64,000 nt of DNA from the human T2T-CHM13v2.0 reference genome, Homo sapiens (GCF_009914755.1 NC_060937.1); one strand, 5' to 3'. Counted from the first letter of the stretch, positions 1 through 14,254 are shown. The notes: a model not told the origin generated them from the letters alone. Program-made: numbers and translations.

Positions 1-731
1 TCAATTGACTTTCTGTCTGCTTAATAAATATTGATATATTGGATACATTCAAGCATGGCCATGTGTGATCCATCTTTAAAGGTACAGTCATTATGCAGGG
101 AGGTTGCAATTTATTTATTCCTCATTCATTCTCTCATCTTTTGAGAGGAGTCATTATGTAAATATTGAGCACATTCATAAAATGAAAAACAAAAACAACA
201 CTAGCACTTTTTTAAAAAATAAAAGCTGTTGAAAATAAGATAGCATCTGCAGCAGAATGAAGTGAATATAGACCCTATTGTGCACATTGTGTTAGTATAT
301 TTTCTTTAGACAATAGGAAATGGTAATTGAAGGTAAAATGTGCAATTTCTGATTGTAAGAGCTGTGGTATACCGCAATGATTGAGGAAGCAAAATACACA
401 TAGTTCCTTCACTAGGGATCTGGCACAGGATTAATAACTCAGTCCTGAAATATGTATAATTATATGATTTCTCAAGGCTTGTTTCACACATCTGACTAGA
501 GGTAGACATGACTACATATATAGATGTAATTAAACATATTAAACATATGGATTATTGTGTTATTATAAGACTAGCGAAATTTGAATGTGTTTACTCATAC
601 ACAAAATTATTGAACCTAGTATGTCTGTCACTATTGATTCAGACCACTGGTTTGATTGAGTTTGTTCATTTTGCTTATTGGTTGACTAATAATTAAGAAA
701 TATAAACATCATTTAAAATATTTAATGACAT

Positions 732-1367
732 TTTTATTTTTTCTACTTTATTGAAGTATAATTGAAAAATTTGCCTATTTTAAATACATAAAACATGATT
801 TTTAATTTGTGCATACATTGTAAAATGATTACCACAATCAAGCTAATGAATATATCCATTATCTCACATGTTTATCTTTAAAAATTTTTTATGGTGAGAG
901 CACTTAAAATCTATTATCTGAGCAATTTGCAAGTGCACAATAGAATATTATTACTTATATTCATCATGCTGTACAACAGATCTCCAGAGTGTATTTAACC
1001 TATTTAGCTAAAACTTGGTGTCTTTTGTGCAACAATTCCACATTCTCTCCCTGCAACCTACTACTTTTTATCCCCTGGCAGTCTTCTTCTCTCTCCTTTC
1101 ATGAGTCTGACTTTTTTTAGAATCCACAGGTAAGAAAGATCATGCATTATTTGCCTGTCTGAATCTGGTTTATTTTGCTTACCATGATGTCCTCCACTTT
1201 AATCCATCCTGTCACTAGTGATAGGATTCCCTTCTTTTTTAAGGCTGAATAATATTCCATTGTATGTGTATGTATGTTTATGTATATATGTATTTATATC
1301 ACATTTTCTTTATTCATTCATTTGTTGATGGACACAGGTTGATTCCTTATCTTGGCTATTGTGAATA
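732..1367 (-). mobile_element. L1MA-family LINE-1 3' end fragment (L1MA8/9-like)
   Basis: T-rich tail followed by antisense L1MA 3'UTR/ORF2-end motifs (catacattgtaaaatgattaccacaatcaagctaa, aaggctgaataatattccattg, cttggctattgtgaata). Boundaries approximate. Confidence 0.85.
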
Positions 1368-2384
1368 TATTTTTAACACCCCTCTAAATAACAATCTATC
1401 ACATCTTCATCTTTTATCTATGTATTTTTAATTTTCACACATATGTTTGAGGCTAATTTTCTCCTGTTATATTCTAATAGAAAATATTCTTGAAAGCAAA
1501 ATTGCTGAATGCTTTTGTATTGACTCTTTCATCATATTACTCAATTCTCTGTTTATTTCTTTATATCCACCAATACTGCAACATAGACATCTACTTTTGC
1601 CAAAAGTTAAGTCTACAGTAACAGCTGTACCTTTCTGGAAAACAGAAATGTGGTTTAATTGTTGCATTGCATTTCATTTCATGCTGGCTGAATTTGATGG
1701 CCTCCATAAAACTATTTGTACACACTCCCGTGAAAGTAGACCAGAAGGAAACTCAAACCTATACTTTATCTGCAGACTAGCCATATCATAGAAAGGGATA
1801 GGCCTTCCCAATTGTTTAATAAAGTTTTTATTTTCTCTCATTTTCTATTTTAAAACTTTTAAGATCCTATTTTCAGTCCTCCCTACTGCCTTTTTCTAGG
1901 CATCTAAATAGGTATACAAAGCATTGTAAAAACTGTTTAACTTACACTCGGTAAACAAATAGTAACCAGATTATAGGGTAAAAATATTGAATGGCTATCT
2001 GCTCATCCATAAACATAGCACTGATAATAAAAATGTTTTTGAAAGAGACATCTAACTGAGTAAATACTCAACTCTGGATGGTTATTCAAGTTGAATGTAT
2101 CATATCATTATTCCACGAATATTTTCTATGTCAATGGCAGCTAATTTTCAGCCTTCAAATGTTAAAGTAGTCTGAAATTGAAAATAGAGAGAAAAAATAA
2201 AATTGAAAGATTCACACAGGAAAGAGCCACTTTATATCTTTTATGGAAAAACAAGAAAAACAAAAAGTTATAAATTCATAAATCTATTGAACATATACGG
2301 GAGTCCATGGAAAATATTAATTGAGGTAATGTTAAATTATAAAATGTCCATATAGCAATTAAAAATGTGAAAGAAGGTCATTAT

Positions 2385-3295
2385 TCAAACTATTTTTCAA
2401 GCAGCTAGCATGTGCAGGAACTCTCCTGGCCACTGAGAAAAGAGCAGTGAAGATGGCTCCTGCCCTTTAGGGCCATTTCAGAAGGTGAATTGGGCTCATC
2501 TTCTGCTAGAGGAATTAGGTATTTAACAACTACATACATTATTTATTCAATTACTCGTACATTTTATAAAAGGGAAACCATAGGAGGAGAATTTGATTTG
2601 GTCTCAATGCTACTTGTATTAGTCAGTTCTTACTCTGCTAATAAAGACATACCCAAGACTGGGTAATTTATAAAGGAAAGAAGTTTAATTGACTCACAGT
2701 GAAGCATGGCTGGGGAGGCCTCACAATCATAGCAGGAGGTAAAGAACAAACAAAGTCACGTCTTACATGGCAGCAGCCAAGAGAGTGTGTGCAGGGTAAC
2801 TTCCCTTTATAAAACCATCAGATCTCATGAGACTTATTCACTATCACAAGAACAGCATGGGAAAAACCCACCCCTATGATTCAGTTACCTCCCACTGGGT
2901 CCATCCCATGACATGTGGGAATTATGGGAGCTATTCAAGATGAGATTTGGGTGGGGACACAGCCAAACCATATCACTAGCAAATTGTTCTTTGGGAGAAT
3001 AACCTTTGGCTGATGTCTGTAGAATGAAAATGGCGTAAGGTGAGCAAAGGGTGAGGCAATTCAGGCTGAATAAAAGCATGTGTGAAGACCCTCGAAAGAG
3101 AAGGAGCAGAGAATTACCTGGAATTTAGAGGTAGCAAAGCTGAGAGAACAAGGAGAGAACGGAATAAGTCAGATGTTATAGGAACAACAAATCTTGCTAT
3201 TTTGACCACTTAAAGGGTTTTGATCTTTATTTAAAGGATTTTAACCATGACAATGAGGAGATAAGATTTACTTTCTTAAGAGGTTACATGGGCCT
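2385..3295 (-). mobile_element. Degenerate L2 LINE fragment, interrupted by a THE1 LTR
   Basis: Antisense L2 3'-like motifs (catgtgcaggaactctcctggccactgag...gcagtgaagatggctcctgccct) and L2-like sequence after 3020 (aaagcatgtgtgaagaccct). Highly diverged. Confidence 0.5.
2615..2975 (-). mobile_element. THE1 (ERVL-MaLR) solo LTR, THE1B/C-like
   Basis: Runs tgtattagtc...gactgggtaatttataaaggaaag...ggggacacagccaaaccatatca; 361 bp; degenerate 5-bp flanks ctact/ctagc. Confidence 0.93.
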
Positions 3296-5910
3296 TGGTG
3301 AGGCTAAGTTAGGTTTAAAATATTTCGAGATTTTAAAGAATATGGATTTCAAAGCCTTTCTTCAACTCCTCTTTCTAGAACATCTCCAGTTTCTTTTCAC
3401 TTTTCTCTTTCCAAAAGATTCAAGATGTGTGTGCTAATGGACTATATGATACATGATATAGTCCATACTGTTGAGTGGGGGGAAAAAAAACAAGTTATAA
3501 GAGAGTGTATCAAAATAATTTGTGCAAAACTAAGGTTCTATGTGTGTTACATAATATTCTGAAAAGATAAACTCATAACAGTGGTTATGTCAAAAAATAA
3601 TGAAAGGAGGTTGATTATATGAGAAAGGCATTTATTTTCATTTCATACACATTTGGACTATTTTATATTTTGCCTTCAACATATATTATTTTCATAATTT
3701 AAGTGACTGCTTAATATTTTACACTGGATATTGATTAATAGTTGAATGAAATCCATCAAGTCTTCCTCTCCTCTAAAATTTCTTTCAAAATTCATCATAA
3801 AATTGTCATTTGTTGACATATTAAAGTGGCATGGACATAGTGATCTTCATGTTAAATTAGAAAAAAAGAATTGTCTGTGAGTGTAATTTTATCTTCATTT
3901 TTTATTAACAAGTAACATTTCTGTTTAATGACTTCAATCTCTTGAATTACATTTTTGAAATTTTTTTCCAGTTCTTGATTATAATGTCTAATACATAAGC
4001 GATTTCTGAAATGTCATCCGTGGTATAGGAATTAACTAGTTATTGTAATACAAATGGGTAATAAATTTCAATACCACTAATTAATTTCAAAATGCCTTTT
4101 TTGAGGAAATGGGCTGCCTATAATACTTCTGGAAGGCTTATTAATGTGTAATTCACATATTAATGTGGAGTTAATGATGGGGATCACCTACTTAATGATG
4201 TGGACCACCTACTTGTTCATATAAAGAGTGAGTTTTCTAAATAACAAAAGTCTGTCACCTCTCTCTCTCCATGAAATGATAATTCCAAATGTTTTATGGC
4301 CAAAGAAAGTAGAACAAGAAAGCCAACATGAATAGGAGAGAGAGAAAATTACAACAAAGCAGCTCATATACATGAGCACTTTTCTAGCCAGCAGAGGTGA
4401 CTGAAGTAGAACCTCATGCCAGTTCTCCACTTTCCAAGAAATAACACACCAATATTGATTCCTGGGAACCATGCTGAGAAGAGTAATAGACTTTTAAAAA
4501 TCTCCATCTATCCAGTATCATTTATACCTAAAAGCCACATAGTGTCTGAATTTTACCCAAGGACAGGGACCCTTGTATACTTCAGACATTTACAAGTAAT
4601 TTGTGACAAAGCAACATAGCAGAAATGAGAGAAATAATTACTAAAACAAAATGATGTATCCAAAATCTACTGTTTCCAGAAGTTGAGGTTCTTTTTTGCT
4701 GATTGTGCCAGAAGTTGTTTCCCTTGCATCAGCCAAAAGATTTCATACAGCCAGTTTCTGTTTTGCCTGAGCAATGTGACACAGAGGCTATAGACGGCAC
4801 TTCCATCAAACTGTTGGATGAGCCTCCCAACCAAAATCCCTCGTCTGTTCTCATCAACACAAGCTAATCAGAGTCAAGGACTACTCCTCCTCCAGAATTT
4901 ATCAATTTTCCTAATGTCTAAATATCCTAATCTGGGCCCAGGAAGGGGTCCTGTTTAGACACCTTTCTTTTATCTCCTATACTCTTACCGATTGCTCCAT
5001 TTTAGCACCAGAATGCTATTTTCACACAAGAGTGAAGAAAATTGGAGATTTTTCCATATCCAGATATAATAACCACCTAGATAAATGTTCACTCATCTCG
5101 CCTGTCTAGCCTGTCTTGAGGCCGGTTTCATCATGAGTCACTCCACCAATTACTTCAAAACACTAATTGCATTACAATTGCATACAGACTGTGAAATAAT
5201 GGAGGTTCACAGATTTTTTTTGTGAGGTTTTGTGAGACAAATGGAGGAGAGAATTATATCACATGTCATATTGCAATACTTTCTATTTTTTTCGCCCAAA
5301 CATGTCTTTTTCTTGAATTTTCTTGGAAGCAAGGGCAGCTAGGTGGTTGCTAGGTATCTTGTACCTTTCCTCTCTCTCTCTTAATCCCTTTTGTCACAGC
5401 TTGTGTCAGTTTCTTACACCTTCTAGACTCTCAAAATATCTTCAAGTTATGTCCCCAACTTTGGAAGGAAAAACTCAACTACAGAAATAACTGTAGCAAA
5501 ATTACTTTCTGTCATTAGTCACACCCCAAAGAGATAAAGTTGATAATACTTGGCTAGATGAGAGAAACGGTGTTAAATGCTTTCACATATGGCAGTTACT
5601 GAATAGTAACTATGATTCTAAGAGTATTTATTCATCGTATTGTTTTGCCACTTATCTGTTTTCTTTGATTAATTAAACACAGTTGTTTAGGCATTCCATG
5701 TGTAGCATCGCTGGGGCAGCAAATGGAAAAAGGCCAATTCCAGTCATGTTGTGGGACAGAATGTGTTTCTATAGGAATGTGAAAAGAAATAACGCTATCC
5801 ATCTACTGCAAGATGTAAGGGAAATAACTGTAAGTAGACATCTGATACATTAAATTCTGCAGATGAAGACCAGAGAGGAGAAACTGAGTAAGTGTCCAGA
5901 AGAGTGCTCT

Positions 5911-6223
5911 ATTTTTATTTTTATTTATTTATTTTCAGAGACCTAGTCTTGCTCTGCCACCCAGGCTGGAGTGCTGTGGCATGTTTATGGCTCACTGCAG
6001 CCTCAACACCCCCCATGCTCAAGCGATTCTCCCACCTCACCCTACTGAGTAGCTGAGACTACAGGCATGTGCCCCATGCCCAGCTAATTTTTTAATGCTT
6101 TTTGGTACAGACGGGGTGTTGCTGTGTTGCCCAGGCTGGTCTCGAACTCTTAGGCTCAAGTGATCCTGCTGCCTCGGCCTCTCAAAGTGCTGGGATTACA
6201 GGTATGAGCCACTGCTCCTGGCC
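5911..6223 (-). mobile_element. AluJ element
   Basis: Full antisense dimer with J-type motifs (ctcactgcagcctcaa, ggctcaagtgatcc); degenerate TSD cagaagagtgctct/cagaatagtgtcct. Confidence 0.92.
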
Positions 6224-8617
6224 CAGAATAGTGTCCTCAATTGAGAGAAATTGTTTTAACTTCAAGGGTGACATAATTAGATAAGGTTTAATAAAAAGTC
6301 ATTAACTTCTGGGTTACGATATATTCGGAAGGTTACAGATGGAAGTGGAAATTCTCTCTGGGAAGTTCTGGAATAATCCCAGGAGCAAGATCGTGGTTCC
6401 TCAGACTAAAGTAATAGCAGTGGGACTGGGGAGGTTTTCTGGGAGATTCGGGTAGGATAAATTGGGCTCCTCAATCATCTTCTGTTTTCAGATGTGAATA
6501 ATTGGTAAGGACACCCTCTCAAGTTTCAATTTTAGCTACTTTAGAAACTCTACCCAGTCTCCCTGTTCACTCTAGAAAACATTCTGACTCATACCCATAG
6601 TGATTTGGGCATCAGGGTTTGAAAAGCCCCAATCATTTCTGCCTGTTGACCTCCTGAACTCTATGCTTTCCGAAGTCAGTTGGTTGTGTTTGTTCTCAAG
6701 TGTCTTGGTCATGGGTCTCTGTACTACAAGTGTCTAGTTTAGTGAAATATGAAAACTTAAGGATGAAGGAATAAGGGAAACTTCAGAGAGATTTTCTTAT
6801 AAAAATGTAAACTCAAGTTTTAGGACAATTCAATCAAGACAAACTGTGAAAAGAATTTCATTGGATGAGATATGGATTGGAAAAATAATTAGTAAATGTA
6901 TAAGGACTCTTTTCAAACTATTTTTCAAGTGTTTTATTTTTTGCTGTACTTTAAACAAAGTAAAATCAGAATGGAAAAGATGATTGCTGTGGTGTGGTTT
7001 ATGCAAAGACAACTCAGTCATTCAGTGAAGATATTGAAAAAGACTTGGTTGGCCTTACTTTAAAAGACTTGTAAATAGGTATAACCCTTACATGGTTATA
7101 ATAAAAGAGAAAAGAATAAGTTGTTCATGTATAATATTTAAATAATTCCCCACTTTAACTGACTTCAACTAATTGACTACAGGTCAGATAGAATTCGATC
7201 AGAGGGTTTTTACTGTAATTAAAATCTTTCTGCTCATTGATTACACTTCTCTCTTTTTCACATCTTAACCAGTGTATAATGCTGAGAATGCAATGATAAG
7301 TAAGAGATTGTAGTAGAAACCCATGAAAAATAAAAATCAGAATAGTAATTATATAAACTTAAAAAAAATTGCTGACCAACACCTTTTTCTTTCTATCCAG
7401 TAAATGGTTGCGATTTTAATTTTAAATACTTCAGGATAACTAAGTATAAAATAATTGATTTTCTACTCAAAAATTAGGAGGAAGGTAATACTTAAGCATG
7501 ACAAATATACAGATAATTATGCTTTCCTTAATGCATCAATTTCTTTAGCTTCTAGCATTAAGCAGTCACATTTTGTACACTCATATATTTACTTGGCTTT
7601 CAGTATAATTACTTTTTTGCCATGAAATGATAGCTGCTTAAGTATCTAGATTTTTAAAATTATTTTTTACTAAATAGCTTTCCATAAAGAAAAGTACAAT
7701 AAAACTAAGGACACAGTATGAGTTCTGCCTATTAATTTTACTGAATAAGCACCGAGGGCTTTTTTAATAGACTCAAAGTAATATATCAAATGTGTAAGGA
7801 ATTAAACAAAATTATATTCTTTCTAAGAATTTCATTGCATTTAATAAAGCAACTCAAGATAAATTTTCTGAAGAAAAATTATATATGCATCTGCATCAGA
7901 GTTTTAAAAATAATATTCTAAATGAGAAAAGGGGTTCTGGGTCAAATTTTGATGTTGAGCTTTATTTCTTTTATGTTTTTTGTTGCAAGTTACTTCTAAT
8001 TACCCAAAATTTTTAGACAAGGTGTTTTTCTCTTAATCACTCATAAATTGTTCATACTTCTGAATGTGAAATACAATATATTGTATTCTCCATAACGTGC
8101 TAATGAACTGTTATCTTTTCTCTGCATAGAATCTTTCTTGTTTATTCTATCTTAAAATAAACTACAGAAAATTCTATTTCAAGTCATACTACAAGCAATT
8201 ATATTCATAAATTCTCATATTTCTAAATGTTAGATATGTCCAAATTTACATTGTTATTTTGACCAAAAATTATTAATGTGCCTTTGTCCAGAGCCTTCTC
8301 CAACCCCCAGTAATGTATGTGGGAAGTCGCCCAAAGGCCAGGATTCTTGAGATAAAAGTCATCATCATGATAGATAGTGTGCCTTTGACATCAGACCCTA
8401 GTGTCCAGGGGCCATTGGCAGCAAGGGGAGGGTGTTTGTCATCAGTCTGGAATGCTTTGCGGGGAAGGGTGGGAAAAGGGTCCAAGATAATGGGTGAAAA
8501 GAGAGTTATTCAAAGTTATTCAAAGCTTTCTGGGAGTTTCAGGATAATAGAAAATGAAGAGAAGAGAAGATTTTATGTGATTTACCCTTCATGTGTTCTT
8601 GTTTTTACCTTTTCCGT

Positions 8618-8947
8618 TTTTTTGTTTTTTGTTTTTTGTTTTGTTTTGTTTTGTTTTTGAGACGCAATCTCACTCTGTTGTCCAGGCTGAAGTGCAGTGG
8701 TGTGATCCTGGCTTACGGCAACCTCAGCCTCCTGGGTTCAAGTGATACTCATGCCTCAGCCTCCTGAGAAGCTGGGCTTACAGGCATGCACAATCATGTC
8801 TGCTAATTTTTTTTATTTTTTTATTTTTACTAGAGACAGGGTTTCACCATGTTGGCCAGGCTGGTCTTAAACTCCTGACCTCAAATGATCCACCGCCTCA
8901 GCCTCCCATAGTGCTGGGATTACAGGCATGAGCCACCGCACCCGGCC
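8618..8947 (-). mobile_element. AluS element (Sx/Sz-like) with (TTTTG)n tail
   Basis: Antisense Alu dimer; TSD ccttttccgt/ccttttctgt. Confidence 0.93.
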
Positions 8948-9379
8948 CCTTTTCTGTGTTTGAAAGAGATTCCAGTTAACATTTTAGTTGGACTCTGCTC
9001 CTCTAATTGTTAAAGCATTCTGGAATACCTCGACAGTATAAAAATTTTAAGCATTTCAAGTTTAACAAACTTCAATTCTGGTGAATGAAGTTCAGTGAAT
9101 ACATTATATTTCAGAAGTTAATGATTAATATAGGTTTGGTGGTCTCCTATCAGAAAGTTACTACTGAAAGTGGTGAAAATCATATTCTTAAAAATGCCTC
9201 ATTTGCCTGATAGAAGCTTTTCAAATCGGACTATTTGAAAATTAGATTTATTTTGTTGAAGTTTTATGTTCAAGACATCTTTAAGTATAAAAATCAACTT
9301 GATTTAGCATCTTTTCCATTCACTTTTAATTTTTACTACCGATATGACTGTGAATCAGTTGTGTTGCTTTGAGTGCCGT

Positions 9380-9761
9380 CGGTGGGGTGCTGAAAAGTAT
9401 TAACTGGCTTGCTTAGAACACACCACACACCTGAATTGCAGTGTTTGCCAATACCTGTGTTGTAATACTGCTATCACGGCTGATCTCAAATTTCCAACAT
9501 ATCATCACTTAATATGGAATAAGGGAGAAATGTGTAGTAACACAGCCTTCTACATTATCTCCCCCATATAGACTTAAATAACCTCCAGAGCATAGACAAA
9601 TGTAAAATATAACAAATAAGTAGGAAGCTGTGATTTTTGTGTATGTATTGCCTTTGCTTTTATTATAAATTACTTAATTGTTAAGTATACCTAATTTTTT
9701 TTAATGCCTGTGTTTAATCACTGGCACCCAAAACCCTTGACAAGTGCCAGCACACCAGTGG
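9380..9761 (-). mobile_element. MER63B-like hAT-Blackjack DNA transposon remnant
   Basis: Terminal inverted repeats cggtggggtgctg/cagcacaccagtgg; internal motif taaataacctccagagcatagac...taggaagctgtga matches the recalled MER63 consensus in antisense. Confidence 0.7.
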
Positions 9762-12459
9762 TACATATATCTTAAGAATAGAAATACTGTTTCTGTTTAA
9801 TGTGGGATGCATGATTCCATACCATCTTAATAAGCAGTAATGAGGTATCAATCAGTTAATGTTATAAAGTTGGTCTTTGCTTCTCATGTTTTCCTGTAGA
9901 ATTGCATATATGTTCTTACGGTAGAAATGATCACAAGGTACTATCATTCCTATATGAGTCCCCACTAATCTCTGAAATATTTGAATAGAGGGTAGATGTG
10001 GATTTTTGGGGGGGCTTTTGTTTGTTTCATAAATGTTGTTGTTTTATTCCACATCCCCAGAAACTGATGCAGTATCTGGCAGAGAGGATACTTTCAGTGA
10101 GTGAGTGTTGTTTGGTTGGTGGAATGAATAAAAGAAAGAAAGACACAGGGGCTAATTGAAGAAGAGAGTAGGGCAAAGACCCTTAAACATTATCTGCAAG
10201 GTTGTCTCTATTTTCTCTTCCAGCTGGTGGGATGAAGGGTGGAAACTGAAAGAGTGTCTCAGCCAGGGCAGCAGTATAAACATCCAGGTTGCTTTGAGTC
10301 AGAAAAAACTGTCATTAAAGTGGAAATAATATCTGTTGTATTTCTAACAAGTGAGGATTTGAATATGCAGTTGTTACAGTTAATTGTTTTCTCACTATCT
10401 TTTTCAAGATTGATATTATTGAATTAAATATACATGTATTTTACATTGCCTAAGGTAGAACACTCCTATAAAAACATCAGGAATCTTAACTGTGAGCTTT
10501 GTTACAATTTGGGGCCAATGTATTTTTTTTTCCCCATGATAATGCATCTCTGAAACTAAAAAAAAAAAAAAAAAAAGAGGAATTCAGTTAGAAAATATGA
10601 ATTAAGATGGAAATGTATTCTTTATAAGATCACTTACCCCTACCTCCACTGTGAACCACTTCTCATATCTAAAGCATGATCCACTTAACACACCTACACA
10701 GGTTGTCTGGCACATCAGCATAGCCCTTATATATTCCACATAAATACTGAACCTTCTCAGGGTAGCATTTTATGATTACTCTAGTGATAATTGATTTTTT
10801 GTTTAGTCAAGTAAACTACCTTCTTAATATAATAAGTAGCTTGCACTGATGAAGCATACACATTTGTCTGTTGTTAGGTATTTTCATACATTTATGTATC
10901 ACACATGTTATACGTACAGTGCATCCACATTGTTATTGCCATGATTTTCCAGAGAGAATTTTCAAAAAGTTTAAAAATCTTGTACCAAATCCCATTCCAT
11001 TTTTTAAGTCAACCAGCTATGAAAACAAGTGCTCTAGAGCATGAAACAATATATACATTAGTCATTTAATTTGTCATTGCTTTGTGTGTATAATGAAAAT
11101 TATTGATCTTTAACTTCATTTACCTTATTTAACCTCCATATATTTTTCTCTATTTTAAGAATCATTAGCACATATTAATAAACAGTTCTACTTCAAAGTA
11201 ATTAATGTACCTATTTTTGAACAACAAATTCTCTGGTAGTCTGAATTAGAAAAAAAATGAATGCAGGATATTGCTTATACATTAGGATTAAAAGTACTGT
11301 CATTTTCTTTTGCTATGGCTCTAAAGTTTCTTCCCAAGTATGAAAGAAATGTAAAGGCATGTTAGCATAATGAACTTTCATGCATTTTTGCATTGAACAA
11401 TCTAGGAAACTTAAATTCTCATCTCAAATATTTCACTTGAGGGAAAGTTAAAATCAAAACCCAAGTATCAGCCATTGTGTTGACTAAAATTTGATATAGG
11501 ATTAAATAAATTTTATAAAGACCTAGTTTACTCCATTGAAGAATAACATATTTCTATAATACATAGCATAATGACATGCAGGTGGTTTTTCTAGCTGTTC
11601 AGCTTTTACCTTTCAATCAATGTTATGTCATTTTGCTTGTAATTTTTGGCTTTGCTTTGTTTAAAAGGCCATATAAATATAGTCATTCCTTTAGTACACA
11701 GTGTTCCCCATAAGTGTTTTATTAAGCTAACTAATGAGTTCCAGCTTGTCTTTTGTTGGATGCCTTATTTCTTAATGACCCTTGATAAGGGAAAATATAC
11801 TTTTGTCTAAAGTCTCTCTTTCTAATCAAAGCGGCAACCTTCTTATCTAAACATAAGGCAAATGCCAAATCTGATTAACAACTAGAAAAACTGTAAGACA
11901 GAAAATTAATTAGGGCCCCCAAATGTCTTGAACTTACACGAAGTTGTTTTCAAGATTTTGAACCACCACATGATTTATGAAAAACGACTGTTTTGAAGAT
12001 TTTTCAAATGTGGATTTTAAAAATCAATAATGATCTACCAAATATATAAACCAACATTCTTCTTGAATCTTTGACCCTTGGCAATAAATCCCTGGTATTT
12101 TATTAAATTTGAAATTTAATATGAGTTATTTTACTTGATATTAGCAAATTACTGCAGATTTTTTTTTCTTTCATACAATGTAGGATATTCTTAGAAACTA
12201 CCTTCCTAAAAGTATGTGGAAGATATCTCTGGAGTAAGTTACTCAGGCTACCTTTTAACACATGGTGATGGCTTGACAAGATGCCAATTTAAAAATCTTT
12301 GTAGACAAATACATTATTGGTTTGGTTACTGTTATGCTGTTATAGCAATGCATTTCTAAGTAAATTACACTTAAATGTAAGATAAGGAAAACACAAAAAC
12401 TTTGAAATACATAAATTGGAAAGAGCTGAAGTTAAAGATGAGTCTAAAATAGAATTATT

Positions 12460-12795
12460 GCCAGGCACGGTGGCTGACGCCTGTAATCCCAACACTTGGG
12501 GAAGCCAAGGCGGGTGGATCACGAGGTCAGGAGAGCAAGACCATCCTGGCCAACATTGTGAAACCCTGTCTGTACTAAAAATACAAAAATAGCTGGGTGT
12601 GGTGGCACATGCCTCTAATCCCAGCTACTCAGGAGCCTGACTCAGGAGGCTGAGGCAGAAGAATCACTTGAACCAGGAATCAGAGGTTGCAGGGAGCTGA
12701 GATCACACCACTGCACTTCAGCCTGGGACAGAGCGAGACTCCATCTCAAACATACATACATACATACATACATACATACATACATACATACATAC
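12460..12795 (+). mobile_element. AluSc-like element with (CATA)n tail
   Basis: Full dimer with ggatcacgaggtcagg...ccatcctggccaac; perfect 12-bp TSD aatagaattatt at 12448-12459 and 12796-12807. Confidence 0.93.
12751..12795. repeat. (CATA)11 tetranucleotide microsatellite in the Alu tail
   Basis: Perfect catacatacata run of 45 bp. Confidence 0.97.
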
Positions 12796-13220
12796 AATAG
12801 AATTATTAGTCAAATCAAATTATTGATGGGAAAAACATCCAGAAACAAAGATTCTTCCTTATACCTTTAAAAGTTACGGTATACTGATTATGCTGCTAAA
12901 TTTCTTTATTTTCTGTTGTAATTCAACTTACATGTTCATTGCATTTATTTTCTTTCTTTCAAACATTGTAGAGGAGTTTGAGAAAATATGTTGTATTGCT
13001 GGTCCACTTTCTTTGAAATAATTTAGTTGTCATACTTTATATCAACAATCAGAAATAAATATAATAATAGCAAAACAGTCTTTGTAACTTTAAATAATCT
13101 ATATTTTCATTTCAATTTATAACCTGAGCAATAATTAAATGAATTTATTCCTGTGACAAAAATTTATGTAATGCATGACATATAAGCCAATCTTAGAAGT
13201 GCAAAGAAAATTAATATATA

Positions 13221-13258
13221 TAAACCTGCACTTGTACCCCGACCTTAAAAGTTAAATA
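13221..13258 (+). mobile_element. Extremely 5'-truncated L1PA 3' terminus (38 bp)
   Basis: aaacctgcacttgtaccccgaccttaaaagttaaa resembles the L1PA terminal motif; flanked by 18-bp direct repeats with 1 mismatch. Confidence 0.7.
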
Positions 13259-13284
13259 AAAGGAAATTAATATATAACCTCTTT

Positions 13285-13360
13285 TAATTCAAGTGAGGAA
13301 ACTGAGGCATACAAAGGTTAAATAACTTGTACAGGTCATGCATATAGTAAGTGCAGAGCT
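13285..13360 (-). mobile_element. MIR fragment
   Basis: Antisense MIR core gaggaaactgaggcatacaaaggttaaataacttg. Confidence 0.75.
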
Positions 13361-13699
13361 TTAGTTATGGCTTTAAAGGGGAGATGAGCAAGCAAGTAAC
13401 CAAGTAGATGGTGAATGGGGGAAAAAAAAAAGTTCACAAACTGTGAGCTAACACTAGATCTGGCTAAATTTAGGGCATAAAATAAAAAGAAAAAAAAATA
13501 AAGGCAAATTATATGAGACATTTGACCACAATTGTATGACAAAGAAAAGGTAGTATTTTTGAGAAATCTTAAACATTTATAGTTTGGAAAATAATTTCTG
13601 TAGAAACCTGAAGAAATTACTGGAAAATTCTGGCATTCTAAACAGAATGAAAGAACACATGCAGGCTCATATGTTTTGTTATTGCTTAATGCAGTCTCA

Positions 13700-13790
13700 C
13701 TAGCTAGATTGCATCTCTTTGCTATTGTCTATAGACGAACTGAAATGCTATGAACATAGTAGGCATTCAATAAATACTTATAAATTTATT
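13700..13790 (+). mobile_element. L2 3' end fragment
   Basis: L2 terminal motif acatagtaggcattcaataaatactt. Confidence 0.55.
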
Positions 13791-14254
13791 AACATTTTAA
13801 TGTGTATGTAATGAAATATCTTAAGTAGAAATATATTTCATAAGCTGAAGTCCAGTGTGCCTTTCATTGTTGAAGAAATAAGGTTCCATGCTCAATTTAT
13901 GTCATGAAGAAAATGATTTGAAGACTCAATTTACCCTCTAATGAGTTTTGCCACATCAGGTAATTATTTAATTTGCCATCACAAGCATTATTTAAACAAG
14001 AAAAGGCCCTTGAACTAACAAGGAAGCATCTGCATCTCACACCAGGAAAAGGGGAGTGCAGTCAAGCTTTGGATCAGCCCTCTACCTGTCAGGGAAAGAG
14101 AAGGAGGAGACAAAAAAAGGCAAGGAAATTTATGAACTACAGAAAAGGAGAAATTCAATCTTACTATCAATCTTCCCAAAAAATATATAATACTTAAAAT
14201 CTATATTATATAATCTATATACTGATTTCTTAATAATTTAACATGCTCTGAGGG

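Noticed and set aside
1447-1791. Non-repeat ORFs of 60-115 aa across the window
   Set aside because: Lengths and composition fit chance ORFs in AT-rich DNA; many use non-ATG starts and none shows a recognisable domain.
4171-4212. 21-bp tandem duplication ttaatgatg(g/t)gga(t/c)cacctac
   Set aside because: An ordinary two-copy slippage duplication with no further structure.
10559-10576. Isolated poly(A) run (and poly(T) at ~47090-47108) as possible retrocopy tails
   Set aside because: No adjacent retroelement body, poly(A) signal or TSD; simple homopolymers.
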